This document shows positions 52,771 to 64,000 of a stretch of 64,000 nucleotides of DNA, one piece after another; within the stretch, counting starts at the first letter, position 1, and every line of letters begins with the position of its first letter. Where the stretch lies: the NCBI GenBank assembly GCA_030141605.1, contig JAQGDQ010000217.1, forward strand, positions 1 through 64,000, given 5' to 3'. This DNA is from Tubiluchus corallicola. Lineage: Eukaryota; Animalia; Priapulida. Position numbers and translations under genes: made by a program. The notes under the pieces are model-generated. The model saw only the letters and a list, made by a program, of their open reading frames with translations, was not told the DNA's origin and did no database searches.

Positions 52771-55700
52771 AAGCAGTGGCTACAATTATGACTAAATTAG
52801 CAACATTGTCAGTAGCATAAGCATCAGCTCCAATAATGATGACAAAGACAATACTTACCTGTGAAGACAAGAACGAAAGGGACAAGAATCACTGAAAAGT
52901 TACCAACAAGTTGATTTACTAATGCAGACCTTATAACTGTGTAACTTTGAAATACTTTCCAAAATGTGCAGTCATTGCCGCCGTTTTGTCTTTAATGACG
53001 ATGCTGGTACTGCCCGCAGCTTCCGATCTTTTAAACCATTTTGCACTTCAAAGCGGTGAATGGTATTCAATTACAACTCTTCTAATTGCTATATTTACCC
53101 AACAAATGATTGTTCGCCCTCTTTTGCCCTAGAGGCGCTCATGTCTTCATAATGTTTAATATGGCTTCATTTTCAGCGAAGTGTGTTGTTGGTTGATATT
53201 CGAGTGAAGCCAAAAGGATCGGTTATACTCAATGATTGCCCCGGTTAATCTGATTTCAATGTTTGCCATTATGTTAACGAGTCGCATAAATTATGAGTCA
53301 CCAGGCTGTGGCGGTGGCATTTAGCGTTACAGCGACGGTTCACGCGTGTCGGTTAGTAATTTGAGTAAAGCGAAACAACGCGAGCTACAAAGAAATGCTG
53401 AATGTCCGGTTATTTTCTTTCATGTCATCCTGTCATAATGTTGTCATCAAGTTTTTTATCTATAGTTTAGGTTTCTTTTCTCAAACATTTTTAAGTGATA
53501 ATGGAATATTTTGTAAATTGTTTGTGACATAATTTTTACTTATAATAAGAACAGCTTAATTTTATGTAGCTAGAAAAAATATTTTTATATTTTTGATTTT
53601 TAACTCTTTGTGGTCTGTGGTCTACAAATTAGTGCTGCATTTTATGTCAACTTGTTCATTTTTGTCATTCGCGGGCACCGCCACCCTAGCAACCAACCTA
53701 TCCTGTGATTTTCAACCATAATGAGTTCACACCCACTGTACTCTTCAACCTTAATCTCACATCTCACATCAATATTGCGTAAAGACTGATAGTCTATTTT
53801 GTTTTTTTAGTTTATGTCGTTGGTCTCCGCATAATGCTCATACAAATTGCCGTTTTCTGTTATTTCATTAAAAACTTACTCCGAAGCCCAAACTTTGTTT
53901 GCAAGCAGAAATTCAGGTTCTTTCACATTGTTTGCTTGTCTTTCTGAAACGAATCATCAGCCTGAATAAATGAGCCTAGTATATGTTGGCCAAAGAAACC
54001 AATATGGAATCGCAAAATATCAGCCACCATACGAATTCAAAACAGTTTGCCGTTAATAACAAAGCTCTGCCCGTGATTATTTTTTAAACGTTTGTTATAC
54101 ACTTTATTTTGCATGAAGTCACACCGCCATCAAATTCACTAAAAAGGATTTCATCTTTGTCATTGTCATGTTATTTGCGTGCAAACACATCGTTAGTCCC
54201 CGTTTGCAGTGGCGTAAGTCACAACCAGCTTGGCTTTCTGTGGCTTCAAATGACAAAAGTGCGTTCATTTAATTGAGCGCGGTAATTTTTATGGATCCGT
54301 GCTCGCGTTTATTACATGATTATCTGTCCCAAAAACGTGTGAGATTCAATTTGGCAAATGTTCCGGGTCAACACACGTCAAATTGATGTGAAGCAGTGAG
54401 CAAGATTTCATTTAAGAGGGCGTAGTTTTCCATTTTAAAGGTTCGAGTGCTGCCATCTTTCATTGAGTCTACACGAATAAAAGTTTTAAATTTTAGGGAA
54501 GTCGTGCTCATTGTAAAGAAAATTGTGATATTTTCCAAATGTTTAAATTGCAGCAATTTTAATATTTCTAAAAGTGTAGATGATGCTCACAAGAGATTAT
54601 GTTATTTATTGAAAATTGATTATGATGCTACATCTTTGTAGACCCTATCTTTACATTTGAAGGTTTTATTGTATTTAAGGGAGCTTACATTATTGCACTC
54701 GTGGCGCATCCCTCGAAGGCGCAGTGAATGTAGGATTTTTATGTCTGAATCAATCGGATTCTTCCTCGAATCTTGGCACTGATGGGACGACTTAATGCGG
54801 AAATCGACGGATTACGGGCCCTGGAAAAAAGCACAGATGTTTACGAGAGCCAGTGCGCACTGCGTTCTTTTACAGTCCTTCTACTCGGAAAACAGACACG
54901 TGTGGAATGGGAGACGTGTTACCATTTCCAGGCGCGAAGATAAGGTTCCGAAACGCTCTTTGTAATCGTATATGTATTCTTGAAGTTCTTATTGTTGCTG
55001 TCATTATTACTGACGTTGCCGTATTTGTTCGTTGTTAGGCAAATGGCGATAGTGTGTACTTCGCCGTGAAGTTGACTAGACTAGGTCTGACTAGAAAATA
55101 AAGGGGTGACTGCTGGCTAAAACTTCACAAAGTTTCATCTGCAGTACTTCCTTCTCGCTGTTTACTTCGTTCAGTAAGGATAAATACGCAACAGGTCAAC
55201 TTAATATTTTGTCTCAAAGATTATTCTAGACAACTAACTGAATTAAAAGTGGCATTAATGAAAATCTCAATAGCTTTTTACAGTAACGCTACCATCTCAT
55301 ATTTCAGGAAACATACTACCTTTGTCGTTTCCCACTGTCGACTCTCCTCCTGCCCACAAATTTTCCCCATGAAACATTACCAAACGCATTAGAAATTAAT
55401 AAGTTTACTTTGCTGCATTTAGTCTGCGTCTATAATGACGAATTAAGTATTAATATTTCATGTGGCCGATGATAAAATGAATAATTAATCAGCCACTTGT
55501 GAGCAGCTACAGTGCGTGTGCAACGTGCACTGAGTAAACCCAAATCAATTAGAATACATCTACTTTATACAAATCTTGTCATTTAATTGGGTATATAAGT
55601 GGACTAATTAGCACGGGTTATGGATTCTTTCCTTGCTTTGATTGTGGCAATTCATGTCATCATAAATGCGCATGCGCGCATTTTTGGGTAAAAACAAATA

Positions 55701-55906
55701 ACGCAAACCCAATTCGTCCTCTTTGGTGTTTTAGAGGGAGGGGGGATTATGCCACATAAAACTACAAGTGCCCCCCCTCCCCAGCAAGTTAATAAGGAAT
55801 CACGATTTGATGACCAACTCAAAACTCTCAAAGGAAGTGTCGGAAACTTAGTTTCACGTTTGTTCTCATATACCGTAAAAATACATATGTAATTTACATA
55901 AAAATG

Positions 55907-56606
55907 TCTAGGCATAACTCATACCATTCTCATTGAGACTTTTTATTTGATGTACTGCAAGCCACTGTTGCTCGACACTCAATACATTTGTTCTCCATCC
56001 CCAATTTCAGTTTTCACCTCTTAACAGGGTCAAACTATTAACCAATCTAGGCGTAACTCATACTATTCCATCTTGTCTCAACTAGACATGTCACTTGATG
56101 CACTACAGGCCACTGTAGCTCGACATTCAATGCGTTTGCTTCCCAAACCCATACAATTTCGTTGGCCCTTAGCAGGGTCAAGGATCAACCAATCTGGGAG
56201 TAGCTTACATCATTCTGTTTGTCTCATTAGGATCTCTTATTTTATATTTTATAAGTTATTATTGTTTGAAATCGGAAGCATTTGTCTCCCCGTCCCCATG
56301 TTTGTGTTTAACCCCTAATGTGGGGACAGGGGTCACTCAATCTAGGCATAACTCCCAGCATTCAATTAGCTCCATTGAGACTAATTTGATGTACTACAGC
56401 TTTCTGTTTCTCACATTGGGCACTGGAAACATTGGTTTCCCCTACCCACAGTTTCGGTTTTTGCCCCTTAGTGGGACCATGCTTCAACTAATCTGGCTTA
56501 TGTCATTCAATTCGTGTCATTCACTTTCGGTTGATAAATACAAGCCACGTTATTCGACAATGGAAGCATTAGTGCCCCCGTCCCCCGTTTTCGCTTTTTG
56601 CCTATT
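55907..56606. repeat. Degenerate tandem repeat, ~145-bp unit, ~5 copies
   Basis: TCTAGGCATAACTC-like anchors at ~55907, 56046, 56193, 56341, 56492, each followed by TTGATG..ACA..GCCAC..TCGACA..CATTTG..CCCC..TTTC..CCTTA..GGG-like blocks. Confidence 0.8.
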
Positions 56607-57856
56607 ACCGAAAATTTTTATCATACTTCAATGGTCAATACTCAGGGGCTCAGCCATACATAAAACTTCGACTCCACCTACCAAAAGTTGTGTCCCTAGC
56701 TCAATTGTTGGAGATACAGAGAAATGAAAAAAAGAAGCCCCACCCACTCCATGGCGTTTGACTCGGTCACCCGGGGTAACGGGCGACAGGTAACGTATAA
56801 CGTTTACTCATTCAAACATATTAATTAGCACAAAGTTATTATTTTATTATTTATTACTATTCTTTATTGCTAAACAGTTACATACAATGCAAACATATAA
56901 TTGCATTACATTTACATTAAAATTTGTATGCAACCAGTTAATAAAAAACTGGTAAAAGCAATGGTGTCATTATTAGTAGGCCTACACATTTAAACTTAAA
57001 AACTAAATTTATAGTATAAATAGTATACACAAATGAATAGAAAAATTGCACACAAATACACAATGCACAATCATTAAGAGCAAATTAGAAATAATATTAC
57101 AAAGAAATTTACAAAGTATGCAAAAATACAATACAAATACACAGTACACATGCAGACATTGAGAAATTAATTTAAGCAAATTAAAAACATGAGTTTCACA
57201 GGAGAAAGCATTTATTATGTTACGCAATATATTTTGACTTATATTTTACTTGTGTCAGTTAAAGTGTTTCAAGTTTAGATGTACATGTATTTGACCCAAG
57301 TTTTACACCATGACCATTGTCTGGGTAATTGCACCTATCATGCTGTTACTAAATGATAAAACGACTAAACGTTTATACACATTTCCCAACTTTTCATGCT
57401 ACTTGGTTGACCGAGATAGCGCCTATTTCTCGTCTTATGTCTCACTGTTGTTAAGTCTGAAGCGTCTTGCGCTTTTTTGCATTTTCCATCTGAGTTGCAG
57501 CGCCCAATGGGTTGGAGTTGTTAATTCATCCTGCCTAACCGGCTGGAAAATCGCGCTGAAAGCCCTCTCAGCATGGCTTCTGACCAAGCCAGCTAAGTAC
57601 CTGCAATTGATATTTCTTAACCCTTTGTGAGCCGTTTTATAAGCTATAATTTACGGAAAAGGCCTCCGAAGTCTAAATAGTTTCTCTACCCGTTATAATA
57701 ATGATGATGCTGATGCTTCTGCTGCTGCTGCTGCTGTTGTTGAAGAAGATGATGAATGGATAGACAATTAACATAAGCTCAAACAGCTTTTGCCGACTGT
57801 AAATAATAATTCTGCCACTACGTAGTAGAGACCGTTATTACCCCGTTTTTACCCTA

Positions 57857-57983
57857 AATACCACGCACTAAGGCAGGGCAACAACAGGTACCGTTTTTAA
57901 AATCTTTGGTATTACCGGCCGCATTATCGAACTCATGACCTCTCAGACGGAAAGCGCATGAGTACCACTAGACTATACCGGCT
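57857..57983 (-). mobile_element. tRNA-derived SINE, 5' part
   Basis: Minus strand A box TAGTCTAGTGG, B box GAGTTCGAT, then ATACCAAAGATTTTAAAAACGGTACCTGTTGTTGCCCTGC, resembling the MetaSINE central domain (from memory, unverified). Confidence 0.65.
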
Positions 57984-59265
57984 GATCGAGACATGTCACA
58001 GACGTTATCTTTTTTGAAAGCACATGTAATATTATACATTAAGATTAATTCATTCCAACTGCTTGAAACAACTTATAAAGTATTCCTAAAAACATCGAAC
58101 CTGGTTTTTGGATGCGACATTCTTGAAAACTTCGTCCAAGATTTCTAAAACAACTCACTTGTCTTATTTTGAGGAAGTCAGATATGGGTGTCACACAATG
58201 CCTGTGTTTTCTTCACATCGTTGCAAATATAGCTTTCCAAGTTTAGGTTAAAGTAACTTTTTTGAAATGATCATTCCAAGTTACTCTTGAGCTACGTGAG
58301 GTGCTGAGCTTTTCGACGTGAACTGTTTTTTAACTTGCAACTACAGAAAAACTTCTACCTAATTTGTAAAAAGTTTATGCAAGTGGTTTTCTTACGTTTC
58401 TCATGCACTTTCATTTTACCTGCATGTCCGATCATTATTCCGTTTTTCCTTTGCAAAATTAACACCGACTTTTTATCTCTCTTGATACCCTAGCAAACGT
58501 GTCAAATTAATGCTCATTTCTCACACTGATGACAAGCGAAATTCCATACTACCAGTGTCAATACAGTTAATTCCCATCTCATTTCCCCTACGCAAAATTT
58601 ATCGTTAAATCCGTTGCCGTTTTTTGCCGTCGGGAAATTCACTTGGCGCTATTAATTACATGCTAATAAACGCAATCAGACTGTGAGTGTGGTTATGATG
58701 GGAAATTTAACAATGTCAGAATGGCCTATCAGCAGTGAGTATGCAGCAGCATCTATTAATTATCCTAATTTGGATTAGTTGGGGCTGATTAATTATTAGC
58801 ACGTGTGATTATTGAACAAACGGTAGTCATACGGACAACAGCAGTAGCGACAGTGTATTAGACTCGAATTCCAAGAAGAAAAGGAAATTTAATTTGCCTT
58901 GTTTACTGTAGTCTAAATTTAATTTACGAAACTGTATTTGTGTATTGATTGAGAATTTGTGCATCTGTATCTATGTAAGCACCGCAAATGTACCGAAATC
59001 CTAATATTTCGATTTCGCCACTTAGTAAAGTAACAATTAGTGGACATAGTTTTTGTGGTTTATGAGTGTTTTATCCTTTTATATCGGAAAAATTAAAAAC
59101 ATTATGTCCACATAATAAATAAATCCATAAGTTGTGAAATACCGTAGAGGTAAATATTTATTATCAACCTCATTAAGCTAAGTAAAATATATGCAGTAAC
59201 ACTTCAACAGTTTAACCAGGGGAGCAATGTCCCAAGCTCAGCAGAGCTGGTCTTATATCCTACTG

Positions 59266-59427
59266 GTTGCCAAGAAAACTGGTTAGATAGGCAGCGAGAT
59301 TGTTAGAAGACTATGTAACGAACTTGCTAGGCAATGGTGTTGCTTAGTGACAAGTTGTTAGGGAGATCCCTCACAGCTTGGTAACGAACTTTCCTGCTCT
59401 TTGCTATGGTAACGGATTGCTAGGTAG
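59266..59427. promoter_or_regulatory. Cluster of RFX X-box-like motifs (candidate enhancer or promoter)
   Basis: GTTGCCAAGAAAAC, CTTGCTAGGCAAT, GTTGCTTAGTGAC, CTTGGTAAC, TTTGCTATGGTAAC and ATTGCTAGGTAG within 162 bp. Confidence 0.5.
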
Positions 59428-60932
59428 GACTATCAGGAAAGGTTGATCCTGTCCATTTTTTCCATAACGTTATACGTGTATTTAGGCCTACGTAACGATT
59501 ATTTAACTCCTTATATTACTATTAATATTTGTATTAATCACACGCTAATCGTTAAATTAAAATTGATTCCATAATTTTGATAATTTGGATTAATTAATAA
59601 ACAAATCAAAATCATTTTATTGCAGCACTGCAGTTCTCAAGTGATTGACACTTCTACGCATGAATAATAATGAAGATCCCTCAGTTAAGCATCAAGATGG
59701 CAGCACTTCCAATTGCCTTTAAATTTGACTTAAAAAATTCTTGAGTGCGCCACGCGACAGAGAAGCGAAAATAATTTTTTAGCATGAACCGTCTGTCCTC
59801 TAAAGCCATTAATTTTTAGCCTGGCTTCAACACTTTCACTTTCCTGACTTTCCAAGACTTTCCCGAATGTGAAGGAAATGAGAAAAACTGACGAGCAAAG
59901 CCCACTTCCTGCAGAAATATTTCCCATGTTTAATTTTCATTTAGGTGAACATGTTCTTTGCGCCGTAATATATGTGATGAATAAATACACTGGTAAACAT
60001 AACCCCGGGCAAATAGTTCATAGTCAATATTGAGGGGCGCATCCATGCATGACGGTGAAGCCAAGTCACGGTCACGTATTCTTGAGACTTCATCATTGCC
60101 TCGCAACAATGATTGAATTGCTGTTTCCACACGATATCTTTCACTGTTGTCAGACAACAAAAGAACAGTAATACGGTCCTTGCGAAGACAAATGAAGAAA
60201 GAGTTTGCTGCTACTTTGAATTAATTTGCTGTGTCGTGCCCGCTGTGTACATAAGTAGCTCCACCTTTTTGCCAAATTGATAATTGCGTTTTACACTAAT
60301 GGAATTGTCATACAATAATTATTAGATTAAACGGAGCCATGACAGCCGCTGCAATCGTCAACATTTCTTAATCGTTTTTGGTGCCTGATGGTGGTGCAGT
60401 GTCATGTGGTTACACTTATTACCTTCGACCCTTAAATTTAAACATGTTGTTTAAACAGCGCTGCTATTTTGCAACAAAAATGGTTTTACATTAAATGTCA
60501 TTTCTGATGTCTAAAGAAATCTAAAGAAGTCTAAACCTTCTTGATCAGTTACTGGTAACTCATTACATTGATGACCAAACTAAAGTTGTTAATTAAAAAC
60601 ACCTTTTAACGCTGCTATTTGTAACTGAAGTAGTTTCGCCGTGTCACTAGGGCAGCCCAGCTAAAAAACGAGAACTAAAACTTTTGATCAGTAATTATAT
60701 TCATATCAAACTCATTCTGATGTTATACAGCTTGTGTCATCTATAGCAGTTGCGCCATCTAATGGCAGACAAGGGAGTATCATTCATACACGTTTTAGGT
60801 GATTCCTTTAACACAAGAAAACTCGATTGCAATTAATTTAAAAGCAGTTTTTATGTGCTCAACAATGTCTCTTGATTATTTTATACCTTTTTGTGCCGTC
60901 TTTCCTCCAACTCTTCTCTTACTCCCCTCTAC

Positions 60933-60938
<6 letters not shown>

Positions 60939-60993
<55 letters not shown>
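60939..60993. repeat. (CT)n microsatellite
   Basis: Directly visible. Confidence 0.95.
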
Positions 60994-60997
<4 letters not shown>

Positions 60998-63900
60998 TTC
61001 TTTTTTCTTCCTTCTGTCTCCTTTTGTCCCTGTCTCTATTTTTGCTTCTTTTTCTCCCGTTCTCATTGTCTCGCTGTATAATTAACTTTAGTGGGTTGAT
61101 GCGAAATAATTTGTGGTTTTCACTTTTCGCTCTTTCAGCAGGCAGCGCCATAAATCTTGCCGCTGTTGTCGTCATGCATCGTAAATTTATGGACACTTTC
61201 TGTGAGAATCGAATAGGTTAGTTGGAAAAGCAGTAAAACGCTTTTAAATGGTATAGTCATAATGAAATTTGGAAAGCCTTACTTATATGTGTACTCGACT
61301 GATGAACCCTCATTCGACTATAATGTTTAATTTGCACTTTTATTTTAATGATAATGTTTGAAAGAAACTTGACGCATTGTAGTTTTTGATTTTTAAACTG
61401 AATTTGCGAATATTTGTTTACCGAATATCTTCAGCTTGAAGTAAGATTTCATGTTTTCTTCAGCTTGACAAGTGTACGGCTCACCATGGTCTCTTCTTCA
61501 GTGGATATTGGCCTGCGCCCTCATTGACGTGATGTCAACAATGTCAACACATGTAATGTTTTTATTGACTGAGTAATTTATGCGGCTAATAGTAATATAT
61601 GATGTTAAATCGATAACTGTGTGTTGCAATAATTGCGTGCGGGCTCTGTGGCCGTGCAAGTTATGTATAAATGCTATTTCCAATTATTATTTTTTAGGCT
61701 ATGAGTTGGGGTATGATCATGAATCTTATCGTAAATGAGTTCTGCGTCCTGGCCTTAGCTGCGAATTTTCTAGTGGCATTTTAGCTCCCTTTCTCTTATT
61801 TACAAGTAAATAACGTGCTATTTGTTTCGTGTTACTAGAGCGCTATTCGGGAAGATTTGCCGTTTAGATGCTGCTTTCTGCTTTTTATCGCTCTGCGGAA
61901 TTTCAACTTCATTGCTAATGCTAAAATATTGTATTGTAGTGTGAGCTTTATTGGTAGTTTATTAGTTATTTCAATCATATTTAAGCCGTGTATTGCCCGC
62001 TAAATCTCGCTATCCACATCGTGTAAATCACCTAGTTAATTTATAATGGATAAATGGGCTTTGTCTTTACCCATTAGCAGCAGACTGCGCTAAAGGACTT
62101 TTGACATGTTCAAGAAACGAAAGTCAAACACTTAGGAATAGTCAACGAGGAAAAAGCCCTTGACGAGGACGCGCACGCTGTCCTCTTTCTTGAATGTTTG
62201 TTATGCAAATATTGCTTCTTCGTCATGCAAATCAGACTACTGACGGCCACCCTGAGGACATGCCACGCCCGAGAAAGAACTCAGTCATGCATACAAATAT
62301 GGCTTCCTCCTAATGTTTCCTGATTAGTTTGGTCACATGCATATCGTAGGAAGCATTTACTCTTATTGCTTTTGTTGAAAACACTAATATATTGAACTCA
62401 GTTTGGATGATCGTGACTGCAAATGTATTTTACGAATATCGAAACAATTAAATGAGCAATTTACGCTTTTCTAAAGAATGAGCATTATTACTGTAATGAA
62501 ACAATCAAAAGAAGTCATTGGCTTATGAAATTCCAGAGCAACTGCGTGCTCATACCAGAAACATTTCTTCAGATTTTCACATAGACTAACAATAAAATAA
62601 TATTAATGAGAAACCTTGCTAACTTCGGCAAATGTTATTCCTTATTTCGTGTAATATTATTTCGCGTAATATTAAAGTTTATTCTTTGTTATTGCCATAT
62701 GAGATCATCTCTATTGAATGATTATTTGATTGCGCTTTTCCAAGTCACCAAGTTTAATATAATGTCCGTGACATTGGCGCTAATTTTACATCGCAAAATT
62801 CTATTAAACTTTCAGGTTTTACGCACATTAATCTACGTCGTAACGTCCTCAATAAATCACTGGTTTATTTTGACGATTTTTTTAGATTCAAAATGTCATT
62901 TAAGCTTTTGATGTAACCCACACAAACTGCCGATATGCGGGAATTCGCAGAAAATTCCAGAAGATCCGACTCATTTATCTTCGCCGTGTCGGCAAACTTC
63001 AAAGGCAGCTTCCTGCATGGACAAGTAAGCGTTTCACTGCGTTTCCAACAGAGCTACTAATATTTACATCGTTACATGACTTCTCCCAATCCATGTATCT
63101 GTGATATGATTGCCCTCACTCCCCCAGTAATTTAGTTATTTCCTTATCTTCGTGAAGAGCTGCTTTACAGGAGGACAGACAGAGGACGAACTTCGTTACT
63201 CAATCGTTTAGTTTTCTGTTTACTCTGTATCCGGTTTGCTCAAATTAACAAACGATCGTTTTTCGCAGATCATGAACTTTAGTAACATTTGTAAACTAGA
63301 AAACGTGTACATACAAAACGTGCACATGTCTTTCATGTGTTCATGGCGGAAATCTGGTTTATCGAGGCGATTGCATTACTTTTTCTGATAGGACCTTTTT
63401 GTATATCAGAATATATTAATGCTAACTGGCTGGCTTAAGCGCAAACGATTGTACTGGGTATAATTTCCAAAGAAAGTACTTGAGATAGAAAAGCTGAAAT
63501 GTGAATGATATGTTGTTGTGCACATGAGGTAGAAGATGTCGGCAAGAAAATCTGTAGCCTTGAATAATAAGTGTATGTGACAGTAAACCTTGAGATTTAT
63601 GATTTTCATCTTAGGCCCACTTCATAAGGGCCTGCAGCAAAATTTCTGGAGGGAATATTTCTTGCGGCATTTCTCATTATTTTATATGGTGATGCTTCGT
63701 GAGGAATTTCCTCATGGAATTCCTCGTGAAGAATTCTGCTACCAGCTAGAAGCTTGGCAGCGTCCTCACGAGGAAATTTGCTGATTTGTAGAAATACTGC
63801 ATGTTCCATTTTCGCGAGGATTCCTCGTTGAATTCGCATGAAAATTTGGCTGTTCAATTACTTCTTTCGTGCTTGTCGAACAACATAAATCAGCATCATT

Positions 63901-64000
63901 TTAATCTCTATTTTATCAAATAGGCGATTTTTGTTTTATTAATGCAACAGCTAGGCTATGTATGTCCTCAAATTAAGAAGTGGTAAAAAACAGGCCTGAC

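Noticed and set aside
53177-55450. Candidate next myosin exons after acceptors at ~53177 and ~55308
   Set aside because: Phase-0 translations show no FERM F3 similarity and run into stops.
59730-60160. Short minus-strand ORFs next to the X-box cluster
   Set aside because: No recognisable domain or splice structure; cannot be supported as coding.

Overview
AT-rich animal (invertebrate-like) genomic DNA. Most of the window is the 3' part of one + strand unconventional myosin gene. I traced 31 GT-AG exons (18339-49120, 4605 nt, 1535 codons, phases consistent) encoding the end of the motor, 3 IQ motifs, an SAH-like helix, a Pro-rich linker and two MyTH4-FERM tandems with no SH3 or PH domain, i.e. 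class XXII-like. The motor exons and the last FERM lobe are not in the window, so 1-18338 and 49121-64000 appear to be very large introns. The upstream intron holds a same-strand tandem cluster of intronless class A GPCRs with non-canonical activation motifs: two full ORFs, one with a frameshift at helix 8, and one decayed fragment. It also holds an apparently perfect inverted repeat (arms >=489 bp) enclosing three Penelope-type hammerhead ribozyme motifs and a ~1 kb (GA)n tract. Other introns carry a Gmr1-like LTR retrotransposon fragment, Tigger, hAT and Harbinger derivatives, LINE tails and SINEs. The downstream intron is CpG-rich and contains a dense cluster of RFX X-box-like motifs. All family assignments are from motif recognition by eye, not database searches.
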